DNA of 62,844 nt, filler included, from Basidiobolus ranarum (GCA_040143965.1; 51 parts of 51 records of this genome joined end to end with filler, not necessarily neighbours in it), one strand, 5' to 3'; positions 24,218 to 36,542 are shown, counted from the first letter of the whole stretch. The notes: generated by a model from the letters alone, not told the origin. Program-made: numbers and translations.

Positions 24218-24364
24218 AATCTACTGAGCCGACGCCTTATAAGGTATAAAGTCCAAATCTCTATACTTGAATGAAGCCTATTGGTCTCTAGCAGAGAGAC
24301 AGAGTACGTTATTTGAGGTGTAATGCACAAAATATAGACCTGGAAGACACTGCGTCAATGACAA

Positions 24365-24447
24365 TGATAACAGTGAGATTCGAACTCACGCCTCTTACGA
24401 GACCGCAACTTGAGTGCGGCGCCTTAGACCAACTCGGCCATGTTACC
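24365..24447 (-). tRNA. tRNA-Leu(CAA), intronless
   Basis: GGTAACA TGGCCGAGTTGGTCTAAGGC..CCGCA CT CAA GT TGCGG.., variable arm, GTTCGAATC..TGTTATCA. Confidence 0.94.
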
Positions 24448-25779
24448 AGTAGATATTCACAAGAATAAATGGCAATTGAGCGTATCTAGAGATAGATACA
24501 ACTTGAGGTATTATTTTTACCAACTATTTTTAACCCATTCTTTTCATAGTTACTTCCTGACCAAGGTATCTGTTTTGTGGATATTCATATACCAGATGAC
24601 ATAAAAATGTGGTTATGCCATTAGCATTCGTCGTTAATGTCTTTGCTCAACCCANNNNNNNNNNNNNNNNNNNNNNNNNNNNNNNNNNNNNNNNNNNNTT
24701 AATTAATTAANNNNNNNNNNNNNNNNNNNNNNNNNNNNNNNNNNNNNNNNNNNNAAAGGGTTGCAATTCCAATGTATTATGAGTGTCAACTTTGTTACTA
24801 TACCATCTAGACAAAGGATTATGACTGATTATTTCACAACTGATAAATCTATGGTATGCTACACCTGGGTAAAAGAACTTAAGATTCGTTGAAGGGCGGT
24901 CAGTTAACCCTTATATATCTGGTGTACTGAACAGCTTATGTTATCAAGATAATAACGTCATGGAAATGAAGGCAAGAGACTGATTCCAACATACTTTACT
25001 TGATGTCGAGCTTTGCTATCAACATCACACATTTGTTCCCGGAAAAGGAAGGCTGTAAGTAGTTATTAGGCTGACAATTGATTTGCTAATGATATGCTGC
25101 GATGCGAGGAAAGGCCTTAGCAAGAAAAGGAGGTGTGGGGCTGATAATAATATACTTCGTATTCCCTTGCCAGTGTAAACAATTTACTTTCATGGCTTTT
25201 TCAGCCGACATCTAAAGAAAATCAATGGTGGTAATACATAAGCATGATAAAAGAAAAAGTTCGTGTACATACAATATGGACCAAGGCTTAATAGTAATCA
25301 TCCAGTGTCACTAGCGATTAAGTTAGGCGGCTCAAGCACTGCGTTTATACTGATGAATCGATATAGCGAGTTATGTAGCAAGTGAATTTTGTTACATATA
25401 GTTACATGATATCTACTCATTGCCTAGTTATGTTCACATGCTTGGATCCAAAATAACCGATTTCTCCGCAAATCAGGCTAGCATCTATTAAATTACTATA
25501 ATCATTTTAACATCGATCAAGTGATACACAAATTCCTACTCATTGGTAAGTGTTACAATGACCACAAGTCAATATAGGGGCTAGTTACATCAACTACCAA
25601 GGCAAGAATATTGCCAATATGTCACTTAGGATAATATTATCCTGAAATTTAACTGAATTATTTTAATTAATTCTTGAGATATGAGCGCTTTAATGATGGT
25701 TTTGGTAAATTGTATATTTTATAGGAATAATGCAAATATGAGGTTAAGTTCAGGTTAAGGTTTGGAAATGACTTATCAG

Positions 25780-25890
25780 TATTAAAGTATTTGGGAGCCT
25801 GTTGGAAGTGGTTTGGAGAATTAGAGGAATTGGTGGTTTTCACTTATTGATTTATTGAGTAGAAAGTTGACATTTATAGTTTTGTCAAGA
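25780..25890 (+). mobile_element. LTR family E, 5' part
   Basis: Near-identical to reverse complement of 3719-3823. Confidence 0.88.
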
Positions 25891-26053
25891 NNNNNNNNNN
25901 NNNNNNNNNNNNNNNNNNNNNNNNNNNNNNNNNNTTAATTAATTAANNNNNNNNNNNNNNNNNNNNNNNNNNNNNNNNNNNNNNNNNNNNTACGTTGATT
26001 AAACATAATTCACAACTAACTAAATTCCATTGCCTTTGCCACACCTCAAAAAG

Positions 26054-26100
26054 ATGACAATACCTCATTCATCTTTAGCTTGGACAGTATTCCTAGTTGA
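26054..26100 (+). CDS. Last exon of an unknown gene (..DDNTSFIFSLDSIPS*)
   Basis: Preceded by actaac branch point and AAG acceptor; same peptide as the inverted paralog at 26993-27039. Confidence 0.65.
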
Positions 26101-26992
26101 ATACTTTACGAAAACTAGCTCACTTGATGATTTTGGTTCACTGGTAAATAAAGCACCAACATCCATTGGTTTTAAGTACATTATGGTTGCGAGAATTTAT
26201 TATCCAATGCTCAAGTTTACTTGGATTAGTCTGCATACGTTACTTTCCGGTTAAAGCTAGAACTTGGTTGGTATTTGATGTCGAGTACCGTTAGTTAGTC
26301 AAGTCAGCGTAACAGGCACAGTGATAGCAGCATACTACTAGCATTATTATCACGCCACTTGATAGCAGATTATTATTTCTGAGTGCTACCAGTAGGAAAT
26401 AGAAACGAATAATCCAAATCGGCTATATTTCATGGTATATTCATTATTGCTACAGTGTACCACATAGCAGATATTTGATGATATCAGTTGTGTATCAAAT
26501 CTTCATTGAATAATTTAAATGCAAGGGTGAGTTTTAGGAACTGAAGTATGACACTATTTACTTCCGGATAACTTTCTTTTTTACATAGAGTTCTGTAAAT
26601 GCATAGTTACCTGGTTCTCAGTGTCGTGCCTGCTAAAATTTAAATCTTGCTGCAATCGAGTTATGCAGCTACAAGTAGTTTCTTGGTAGATTCTAGTCGT
26701 TAATTCCGAGTCATACAGTATCTTGGAACCACTACAGAAACAATCAGATTATTTTTCAACAAAATGGTAGTACTAATGCATCCTTTATTAAATATCATTG
26801 TCTGAGAATTGTACTACATGAAAAATTATAATAGGGCTCGTTTTATTTTGTTTGGACATAGTATCACCAATAATTTGATTAATAAGGATACAGCCAGGAT
26901 TTTGTACCGTAGTGAGTTAAAAACCAATCGAGATTGATGTTTATTTACCATTGATTCAGAATCAGCAGGAAAGTTAGTATTTTCAATGTAGC

Positions 26993-27125
26993 TTAACTAG
27001 GGATACTGTCCAAGCTAAAGATGAATGAGGTATTATCATCTATTTGAGGTGTGGTAAAAGCAACAGAATTTAATTAGTTGTGAATTATGTGCAATCTATG
27101 TAATCATCACCTTACCTTGGGTAAC
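26993..27125 (-). CDS. 3' end of convergent paralog (VTQ|DDNTSFIFSLDSIPS*); intron 27040-27115
   Basis: GTAAGG donor, actaat branch, TAG acceptor; exon differs from the left copy only at synonymous and stop positions. Confidence 0.7.
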
Positions 27126-27226
27126 NNNNNNNNNNNNNNNNNNNNNNNNNNNNNNNNNNNNNNNNNNNNTTAATTAATTAANNNNNNNNNNNNNNNNNNN
27201 NNNNNNNNNNNNNNNNNNNNNNNNNC

Positions 27227-27563
27227 CATCATATTGCCGATTCTCATGTTGCCCATCACATGTTCTCCCAGGTAAGCAGAGTAGTTTTCAATTTATTCAA
27301 GATATGAACAATATGACAGTAGAGGAGCCTCCCAAACTATCATACCGTTTCTTTGGTGCATCCCTATTGTAACCATTTACTTATCGTTCTTACACTTTCA
27401 GATGCCATTTTACCATGCTGTTGAAGCCACTAAGTACTTGAAAGAAACACTTGGAAAGCATTATCATTATGATGATACTCCTATCGCCAAGGCTTTGTAT
27501 CGCAACTGGAGGACATGTAAGTTTGTAGAAGACGAGGGTGAAGTCGTCTTTTATAAGCACTAA
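27227..27563 (+). CDS. FAD2: Delta-12/omega-6-type fatty acid desaturase, C-terminus; intron 27272-27401
   Basis: [40 protein letters not shown] (third His box). Confidence 0.92.
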
Positions 27564-28460
27564 AAGTCATATCCACGTAAGAGAACCACGGAATATCCTA
27601 TTCATTCAACAATTACCGCTTCTAGAATTGGCGAGTCACATCTGACCTCGGTTGATCAGAATCCCCATTCATCATCCTGTTGCTCATTCAATTTAGATTC
27701 TCATAAATTTTTATTTATCCCGTTTCTTTATCTAATATTGCAACCCCCCCCCACGTCTATCTCGATTTCTCTCTCCATAGATCACCCACATATTATAGAG
27801 ACATTATTTTTCTCCTGAATTGTATATCGATTTGATTATAAATGATTTTCAACTAACTCGGGGTTTGGATTATTGAAACTTGCCCATATAAGGCTTGAAA
27901 ATTAGCATAAACTCTAATATTGCAATATAAAGGTATGTACCCATGATTTTTGATACAACTAATCAGATCATAATCTTGGTTCAATTGTCATGAAACTGAT
28001 TTTGTTTTTACTGCTAGTAACATGGTGAAAATTTCCATTCTACTAAGAAACAATCCTTTTTTAGATTGAATTGATGTGGAGGCAAATATTGGCCAGAAAA
28101 GTATCTCTTTGCTGATTGATCAGAATGAATCTTCTCATGTGATACAATTTACATACAGTAGCCTTTTGTTGTGTCCAAGAGAAAAGTGGATAAAAATTCT
28201 TGAACTTTACTGAACCAAAGAAACAGTTAAGTACAGAATCTGAGAACTGTTTCAGCAGGATATATCAGCAGAGTAGATGTAACTACTATATGTCTTGGGA
28301 ATAGCAGTGGGTTGCTATGTTATGGTAGAGAGTAGTTTTGCTAGGCAGCTAGGCTTGGTGNNNNNNNNNNNNNNNNNNNNNNNNNNNNNNNNNNNNNNNN
28401 NNNNTTAATTAATTAANNNNNNNNNNNNNNNNNNNNNNNNNNNNNNNNNNNNNNNNNNNN

Positions 28461-29595
28461 TATCCCTCTGGTTGATCCATGTATATATCTTCATCAATTT
28501 CTCCATTAAGATATGATGTCTTGACATCCATTTGTTCAATCAGCATTCCTTGGTGGGTAGCAATGGCTAGGGTTACTCTGATTGAGGTAAACTTAGCAAC
28601 AGGAGAAAATGTTTCATCATAGTCAATGCCATATTTCTGAGCATAGCCTTTTAATAATAATCTTGCTTTGTACTGGTTGATAGATCCACATGAGTTCAGT
28701 TTCAGTTTCAGCACCCATCTATTACCAATAGTTTTTCTTCCTGTAGGGAGGTTTACAAGGATCCATGTGTTATTCTTAATTAGGGAGTGAATGTCATCAT
28801 CATTGGCTTTTCTCCATTCTGTCACTTCATCAGATTTCAGAGCTTGTGTCAGATTTTCTGGTTCAGAAAATGCTATATGTGCAGATATATTCCACCCTTT
28901 TTGTGAATTGAAACTGTTGATTTCATGCTCTAATTTGAGACATCCAAAGTCCTTGGTAGAATGGTCAGATGTTTCACTTACAGGATGTTTTGGATTTCCA
29001 CTTAGTAGGATTTTGAGACCTGATTGCCTGAATTTTGTGATTGCCTGAATACTTGTTGTGATTGATTACATACTTCCAATAATTGTTTGCATCCAATCTC
29101 AGCCAAATTGAGAGTAGCAAATTTCTTAGATATGTGATTGGTCAGAAAACAATTGCATTGTTTCTGCGCCCAATTTCCTGATTCCTGATTGGCTGGAAAA
29201 TATCCTTTTTCTGATTACTATACTTTTTATTGGCAGAGATAATGTACTGATTTCTGGAAGCTGGTTCCAAATCATCAGTATCCTCAGAGTAATTATCAGG
29301 TTTTCTGGTATGAATTGGTGCATTTCCGGTGCTGCCTAATGTTTCACTACTTGTGTAGCTCCTTGATTGCAGAATATCATATAATAGTTTATTCTCCTTG
29401 GTTTCAGTACTCATGATGAAGTTTGCAACAGGATTATTGCTTGTTTGTTTTCTGCTGGGAATATTCACCACTGGGATTGATAATGATTTGAGCTTTTTCA
29501 TATATTCATTGGTGGCTGATGTTTTAGACCTTGTCCCAGATGTGATATTTTCTAAATTTGGATCATGTTGATAGATAGTTTCAGATTCCAAATTT
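28461..29595 (-). pseudogene. Copia integrase-RT linker and RT N-terminal part
   Basis: NNTWILVNLPTGRKTIGNRWV..YKARL..GYAQKYGIDYDETFSPVAK..QMDVKTSYLNG. Confidence 0.92.
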
Positions 29596-29695
29596 NNNNN
29601 NNNNNNNNNNNNNNNNNNNNNNNNNNNNNNNNNNNNNNNTTAATTAATTAANNNNNNNNNNNNNNNNNNNNNNNNNNNNNNNNNNNNNNNNNNNN

Positions 29696-29711
29696 AGATC
29701 GGAAGAGCGTC
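29696..29711 (+). other. Illumina adapter contamination (AGATCGGAAGAGCGTC)
   Basis: Exact adapter prefix at the contig start. Confidence 0.93.
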
Positions 29712-30359
29712 TACAACGTTGATACCCAGCTGTACTAGTTTCAGAATATGGGCTAATTTACTGATGATTGACAGAGAACAATCTGTTGAGAAGGTGCTTG
29801 GTCACTTTGATGTACATTACCTTGATTGATCTGTTGGCCAACCTGCTGCCGTCGAATTTGTTAATAATAAGGAATCTCCTTCTCAACGAATCACTGGATG
29901 ATTTCTGCTTGATCTGTTGGTATCAACTGCTGATTGAGCTTCGAGAGTTTATTTAATCATTTGCAAAGATTTGATATGTTCGTCGTTCGCGATCGGCTTC
30001 AATTTATTCGTAAACACTAGATGAATCAGTGCAAGAGATGTGCAGCTCCTGACTGTGGTTAAATTGGTAGGTTTTTCCTTTTCATTCCCATATGTATAAT
30101 ATGCTTTCGTTTTAGTTTATGCTGCTTGCTGAAATATATATCATTGATTTTCTCGATAGTACTTGCCTTTTTTAAAGTCACAAACCATCCCGTGGTTGAC
30201 ATAGTAGTCATAATTCTACTCCATTTGGAACATCTCATCCTCGTGTTTTCGTATAGAAAATTCCCCATTCTCTCCTCAAGTACTGTTTCTTTTCTTTGAG
30301 GATTTGACCTCATTGTAGTTTCTTCCTTATATTCCCACTAGTAGTTGAGTCGCGCTAGT

Positions 30360-30829
30360 ATGGTGCGTTCAGTAACCCATTTAGTTTTTACAAAACATGC
30401 AAAGTTGATAGAGAACTGTTACCCTCGTCAAACCACACAAAGGAGTCCTAAATCTAGCGAAACTTCTTACCTCATTTACTATGCTAGTTCCAGACCAGCC
30501 AAACTTCTTAAGGTCGCTCGATATTTAGAGAGAAGAGTTGCTCAAGATTTGAGTAGAAAAAAGTTTACTGATGTTGAAGTATCGTTAGCGATTTGGGATG
30601 AATTGCTGAAGGGCTGTACCAGAGACGTCAATTTGTTTGCCAAAGGTGTCTTGACTTCTGTTAACCTTGTATTCAAAGCAGGTTCTTTCGACTCCATGTT
30701 AGCTGCTGTACAAACCGTATGTTTTATTTGGTTAAATAATATGATACTTGTGTATACTAACGACCTCATTTTGTTCTGTTTCTCGATAAGTTTTCTCTAT
30801 TTTGTGCGAGTTTTGATGGCTCTTGTCTG
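30360..30829 (+). CDS. EFR3: EFR3 (PI4-kinase scaffold), N-terminus; intron 30717-30790
   Basis: KHAKLIENCYP...PKSSETSYLIYYASSRPAKLLKVARYLERR..DVNLFA; GTATGT..TACTAAC..AAG intron. Confidence 0.92.
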
Positions 30830-30929
30830 NNNNNNNNNNNNNNNNNNNNNNNNNNNNNNNNNNNNNNNNNNNNTTAATTAATTAANNNNNNNNNNNNNNN
30901 NNNNNNNNNNNNNNNNNNNNNNNNNNNNN

Positions 30930-32063
30930 TTTTATTGACTCTGCCTTTGTCAAATCCCACTCTATCCCAACAATCAAGAAATCTAGTCCGGTCCTTGTAG
31001 CAGTAATCAATGGAAGGCTGCTATCATCAGGTGCTGTAACACATGAGACAACCTTTATGACACTCCTGTGCACTGCTCATCAAGAAGAAATAGCTTTTGA
31101 TATCATTTCATCACCTCACCACCTGGTCATCCTTGGCATCTCATGGCTCATGCAGCACAACCCAGTAATCAACTGGAAGTAGAAGATTATCATGTTCAAT
31201 CAAACTCTATCTCCAAGTCCATATTTGCCAAGCTGCAAAGTATCCAATTCATCATCAGCCCAACTCTTAAAAACATCTATGAAGCCAATATCCATTGCCA
31301 GTATTGCTGAAGAACTGGAACCAACAAAACATATGGTTCATAAGCTCCCACCCAAATACTTGTTGAAGTTTATTGAATTTGTCATATTTGTTATCTCTAT
31401 CTTTATTCACCTAACTATTTCATATATGACATATAAGTTAGTCAACATTACTTAGTCAAATATCACTTAGTGTAAATTGGAACACATATTATATGTATAT
31501 GTGAAAAATGTGAGAATTAGCAAATCCGTATTGGAAATTTCAAACTTGTCCAAATTGCCCTAATGATAGCTCATTTACTCCCACAGATGTTCTGAACACA
31601 ACCCCAGTGTTAGTTTTCTGTATTTCCACCAAAAAGCATAAATGCTTTATTTCTGGACAATAAACAACTATCTTGCAAAGCTATTTACAACTCCACTTTT
31701 CTAAAGTTCCTCCAAACAGCCCATATTTTCCCAATAACACTTAGCCTTTGCTGATGTCCTTGACAAGAAGAAATCTGATATACTCCCAGCTCACTGCCCA
31801 TATAATTACCCTATAGATCTACAAGAAGGAAAATAGCCACCATTTGGGCCTATATATGGGCTGACCCAGCCAGAACTCAACATTCTGAAAGACTACATTG
31901 CAGAAAATCTAGAGAAAGGATTTATGTAACATTCAAAGTCCCCAGCAGACTCTCCAATCTTATTTGTTAAAAAAAGATGGATTCCTCCATCTCTGTGTTG
32001 ATTATTGAGGCCTAAATAGCATTACAGTCAAAAATTGGTACCCCTTGCCATTGATCAACTCAC
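30930..32063 (+). pseudogene. Ty3/Gypsy protease to RT start, interrupted by a solo LTR
   Basis: FIDSAFV..VILGISWLMQHNPVINW; LPPKY|LAFADV.DKKKSDILPAH.PY..PIDLQEG; SPILFVKK.DG.LHLCVDY. Confidence 0.92.
31361..31736 (+). mobile_element. Solo LTR family H with 5-bp TSD (ATACT/ACACT)
   Basis: Removing the LTR plus one TSD restores the Gypsy frame PKY-LAFADV. Confidence 0.85.
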
Positions 32064-32163
32064 NNNNNNNNNNNNNNNNNNNNNNNNNNNNNNNNNNNNN
32101 NNNNNNNTTAATTAATTAANNNNNNNNNNNNNNNNNNNNNNNNNNNNNNNNNNNNNNNNNNNN

Positions 32164-33297
32164 TTTTTAGCTGGCCTGATCTGGCTCAATAAAATGGAAC
32201 AAGTCTAAAGAATTCAGCCAATATATCCCCAACTTGCAGTCAAAAAATGTCCAGCCACAAGTAGATGTGTCATATGCTGGAGCAGATTACCCCATGGCTG
32301 AAACAATAAAACGGCATTTCTTGATCTCTCTCACCAAGAAGTCTGTCTTGCAGCTTTCCTAAAAATACTGTCAGATTATCACACAAGCAAGTTAGTCCAA
32401 TAATAGAGGTACTTATTCTGTGTCCTTGGATTGGGCTTTGTTGCTGTTATTGTGCACAAACAATGCAAAAACCCATAAGCACATTGAAAAGTGACCTTTG
32501 TTAGCAGGTTAGTTTCCACTGGAGTCTCCTTAACCCATTGCATTATAACCATCAGTGATTTTGCTGATACATTGTTATTCAGATTAGCATATGGTAATAC
32601 TGATAATTTGATGCAGAGCACCATTTCACTCCAGGTGCGCTCCATTGGGAACTGTCAGAATGTATAGCAAGGGCCTATAATCTCTAAGCATTGTGAAAGA
32701 TGCAGCAGGGAATATATTAAATACTGGCATAGATTAAGTCTATATGCTTTAAGCCTGTAATAAAGTTTTTCATATCCAATTACAAAATTTTTGCACAATT
32801 ACTGTATCTGCCGGAGATCTGCCAATGTGAGTTGATGCTTTAAGAATATATTAACAATATCAACAAAAACTCCCAATGTTGCCAATACTTATCAGGCAAA
32901 AATGTTTCAAAATTCCACTTGAATATATACAAATTCAATACTTCCAGTCTATGCATTTGAATAAATGCCTAGATGAGTGGATATTGAGGGGATTCCTGGT
33001 AAAATATGATGGTATCTTGACATTTTCAAGCATTTTCCCAATCAATTAAAACTTTGATCCTATCTTGAATGGCTCATTCCTTTTGAATTTTCCACTATAT
33101 AACTGAGTAAGTGGTATTAGAATACTGTTGAATAGCAAATGCAAAGTGCCTAATGGGAAGCTCTGGCTCCAGCTTATCCTCTTTAGCAATATAATCATAG
33201 GCTTACAGCTAATACCATATTTGATGTTAGACTGACTATTTGGTGAATTGATATCAGTGATCATATAGAAATCTGACTGTGATCCTGATGGTAAATC
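32164..33297 (-). mobile_element. CACTA transposase 3' half; retains the PMER motif
   Basis: SLLHLSQCLEIIGPCYTF.QFPMERT. Confidence 0.92.
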
Positions 33298-33578
33298 NNN
33301 NNNNNNNNNNNNNNNNNNNNNNNNNNNNNNNNNNNNNNNNNTTAATTAATTAANNNNNNNNNNNNNNNNNNNNNNNNNNNNNNNNNNNNNNNNNNNNTTG
33401 CTTCCCCCATACCCCCTGCTTTCTTTTTATACTGGGAGGACTGCGTCCCCCAGACCCCCTCTTTTCATCCTTACCCTTACCAGAACATCTATACCCTAAG
33501 TCCACACCATCTGGTGCTTTTCATCCCCCCTAACACAGTACATCTATACCCTTTCATCCCTCCTGAACCCCAACTCTA

Positions 33579-33904
33579 AGGAAGTGGTTGAGAGAACTGG
33601 AGAAGTTGGTGGTTTTAACTTATTGATTTATTGAGTTGGAAGTAGACATTGATAGTTTTTCAAGATATAAGCAAACAAATGTATAGAATGTGCTAAGGAA
33701 GATCCCAGGAACATTTGTGCCATGCTGGGGGCTCCTAGCAAAAGTTTGAAATTTCTATATAGCTGAGAAATTCTATATTGGTGTTAATGTTCTTAGTGAA
33801 TTCCAATTGAGAATAGTGGATGATATCTTCGTGAAATATAGAATAACCAAGTACTAAGCTATGAACGACTATATAGGTGTGTTTAGGCAATGCTGATTTC
33901 AACA
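33579..33904 (+). mobile_element. LTR family E, 5'-truncated
   Basis: Homologous to ~57060-57384; ends TTCAACA. Confidence 0.82.
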
Positions 33905-34072
33905 GAAGAAACTTATCATCATCTTAGAAATCACCAAACTCGAAGTTATTATTGCATATGGTTAGAACAAAGCAAGTATAAAAGGCCTTACAGACATGTT
34001 ACAGCTCGTAATTATATAGAATCAGTTGGGAAAGGGGGGAGTCACTTGTTTGATTAAGAAAATAACCAACAT

Positions 34073-34531
34073 TTAAGGTAATGGAGGGTAGGCCTCCTTG
34101 ACAACTGCACCTTCATCTGCGCTAATAATTAGAATACTGAACTTATCGATCTTCTTGTCCATCAAAGTTTTGAGATCTGTCTTATTGCCACCCATCAAAG
34201 CGTTTCCTTCAGTTACGCCTACATAATCAAATACACCATTAAGCCCAGTGTAACCATCTTTCCAGAACTCAACATTTTGGCCTTGTTTCATTCTTGCATA
34301 AACCTTTACATAAGCACCGGCTAATGGGCGTTTTGTCTTTCCACTCATTGCTCGGACGATACCGAAAGATTCAGCAATGTGAGTATGAAGGCTGTGTGAG
34401 AAATAAGCTTGGCGTCTCTTGATCGTGTTTGGTGTATCCACGCTAGAGATTTCAACGAAAACATTCTTATTGCCACCTGTAAAAGGAATGCTCAACGTTT
34501 GGACAGAGTTCAATTGGCCCGTACCAATCAT
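34073..34531 (-). CDS. C-terminus of a large conserved hypothetical protein (YVKVYAR..F.KDGYT...G.FDY family)
   Basis: Intact frame ending KFSILIISADEGAVVKEAYPPLP*. Confidence 0.8.
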   Translation of the reverse strand: MIGTGQLNSVQTLSIPFTGGNKNVFVEISSVDTPNTIKRRQAYFSHSLHTHIAESFGIVRAMSGKTKRPLAGAYVKVYARMKQGQNVEFWKDGYTGLNGVFDYVGVTEGNALMGGNKTDLKTLMDKKIDKFSILIISADEGAVVKEAYPPLP

Positions 34532-34631
34532 NNNNNNNNNNNNNNNNNNNNNNNNNNNNNNNNNNNNNNNNNNNNTTAATTAATTAANNNNNNNNNNNNN
34601 NNNNNNNNNNNNNNNNNNNNNNNNNNNNNNN

Positions 34632-35414
34632 GGTAGTCAATATGCCACTTCAGTGACCGATAAGCAAACGGAAGATCGTGCGATTGAAGCATTCCAGGAG
34701 ACTGGTGCCTCAATTGTTCAAGTAGCCATTAATGGTTTCATTGTACTTACTCTTGGAGTTGCTGATCGTCCACGTCAACACACCGCCGAAATTATTCGTG
34801 AACTTGAAAAGCGTGGTATTCAGGTTTGGATGTTAACTGGAGATCATCGTATTTCTGCTACAGCGATTGCCCGTGAAATTGGGATCAAACCTGAAAGAGT
34901 AATGGCTCAGGTAGTACCTCACGAGAAGGCATCTAAGGTAGCCTCATTACAAGCTCAAGGAGTGTCACTTGATCCCTCTCGTACATTCAAGGGTCGTTTC
35001 TTCCCTTGGTTGCGTTCTGAAATGCCTAACCATAGAAACGCGGTTGTTGCTATGGTTGGTGATGGTATTAATGATTCCCCAGCTCTTGCTCAAGCCGACG
35101 TTGGAATTTCACCTTCCTCCGGCACTGATATTGCTATCGAAGCAGCCTCTATCATTCTCAACACTCCAAATCTCGTATCACTCCTTATTATGCTAGATCT
35201 CTCAGCAAAAGTGTTGCGTAGAATTCGGTACAATTTTGCCTGGGCTTTCTTCTACAATTTCTTGGCTATTCCAGTAGCCGCTGGTGTGTTCTACCCATTA
35301 TGGTTACAACCTTTCCCTCCTGAACTAGCAGGTTTAGCCATGGTACTTTCTTCAGTGACTGTGATCTGTTCTTCACTTCATTTGAAACGTTTCCGTGCCA
35401 AAAAATATGTATGA
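34632..35414 (+). CDS. P1B-type copper-transporting ATPase, C-terminal part
   Basis: MLTGD, VAMVGDGINDSPALAQADVGI, YN..AIPVAAG, AMVLSSVTV. Confidence 0.95.
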   Translation, partial: GSQYATSVTDKQTEDRAIEAFQETGASIVQVAINGFIVLTLGVADRPRQHTAEIIRELEKRGIQVWMLTGDHRISATAIAREIGIKPERVMAQVVPHEKASKVASLQAQGVSLDPSRTFKGRFFPWLRSEMPNHRNAVVAMVGDGINDSPALAQADVGISPSSGTDIAIEAASIILNTPNLVSLLIMLDLSAKVLRRIRYNFAWAFFYNFLAIPVAAGVFYPLWLQPFPPELAGLAMVLSSVTVICSSLHLKRFRAKKYV

Positions 35415-35602
35415 ATGATATATCAAAAGCGACAGCTTCTCTACTGTACGATACCCACAGCTTTTCTTCACCTGCTAATTTGGTACAATATCGGATGTCA
35501 ATCTCCATTAGTCCAATCATATCTGTAACTCACCTTATAGAGTAATAATGACATAATAAAATTCCAATGTAGAATTCAAATTAACTACTGATTTTCGTTT
35601 AC

Positions 35603-35764
35603 TTAAATATCCAATTTATTCAACGTCAAGTGATACAACACACACCCACCTAAAACCGACCATCCTTCCTTGCTTTGCGTTCCAGGCGGATCATGCTGGG
35701 TCCACCACTTGGCTTGCCCAAGACGGCCGTTGTACGTTACCTTTTGAGCACCAGTATAAGCAAT
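35603..35764 (-). CDS. C-terminal CBM5/12 (ChtBD3) chitin-binding domain
   Basis: IAYTGAQKVTYNGRLGQAKWWTQHDPPG...WSVLGGC. Confidence 0.85.
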   Translation of the reverse strand: MAYTGAQKVTYNGRLGQAKWWTQHDPPGTQSKEGWSVLGGCVLYHLTLNKLDI

Positions 35765-35864
35765 NNNNNNNNNNNNNNNNNNNNNNNNNNNNNNNNNNNN
35801 NNNNNNNNTTAATTAATTAANNNNNNNNNNNNNNNNNNNNNNNNNNNNNNNNNNNNNNNNNNNN

Positions 35865-36542
35865 GACAGCGAGCTCAATCCTATGATTGAGATTCAACCA
35901 CTTAAGATTGGATCTGGTGTAAGAGCCATCGATTACTACGCGGACCTCGTTGGCTCTGGAGTCGGTGCATTCATTTCCACCTGTGTTTTTGTTGCCTGGC
36001 TAGCTGTCGGGAATGTGATGCAGTGGGACTCCAACTGGTGGCTTATCATTGGTACTTATACCGGTTTGGTCGGGTATATCGATGGATTTGTATTGCGAAA
36101 TGTTTACTTCCGTCAAGATACAATTGTCAATGACCAATTCCAAAAGCTCGTTGATGAAGACTTCGAACTATTCCAGTACTTAAACCTAGAAGCACCTCAG
36201 GAGCATGTGATTAAGGATAAATCTCTGATCTATCGAATGAGTCAATTTATGGGAGTTATTTGCTCCATGCCACAGTCTGTTCTGCTCGCAGTGTTAGTCA
36301 CTGTGGGTTTGTTGTGTCTTGCTAGTGGCATGCAATGGAACGAAACTGCACAATTATTATGTAATACTCCCACCATGATTATTGAAGGGTTCTTGTTTAA
36401 TGTACTGATACAGGCACACAATGTTGCCAACACCAAGAGGCGAGTGGTAATGCACGACATTTTACTGAGAAGACTCAAACTGCTTCAATATGCGCGATCC
36501 ATTGGTGCCGACAGTGAGAAATTTGGTATCAAGTGCATGTAA
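35865..36542 (+). CDS. FET4: Low-affinity iron permease, C-terminal part
   Basis: WWLIIGTYTGLVG.IDGFVLRN; AQLLCNTPTMIIEGF..LIQAHN. Confidence 0.92.
   Translation, partial: DSELNPMIEIQPLKIGSGVRAIDYYADLVGSGVGAFISTCVFVAWLAVGNVMQWDSNWWLIIGTYTGLVGYIDGFVLRNVYFRQDTIVNDQFQKLVDEDFELFQYLNLEAPQEHVIKDKSLIYRMSQFMGVICSMPQSVLLAVLVTVGLLCLASGMQWNETAQLLCNTPTMIIEGFLFNVLIQAHNVANTKRRVVMHDILLRRLKLLQYARSIGADSEKFGIKCM

Noticed and set aside
23799-24227. ORFs overlapping the tRNA cluster
   Set aside because: They are spurious translations of tRNA genes.
25991-27102. MITE/MULE with long TIRs
   Set aside because: The arms are intron plus last exon of two convergent paralogs, with synonymous-only exon changes and homology ending at the stop codons.
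33398-33462. GC-rich ggactgcgtcccccagacccc hairpin motif
   Set aside because: It is a single short occurrence at a contig edge, with nothing to define an element.
34632-36542. Cu-ATPase next to FET4 as a metal-homeostasis cluster
   Set aside because: They are on different contigs that are adjacent only because of size sorting.
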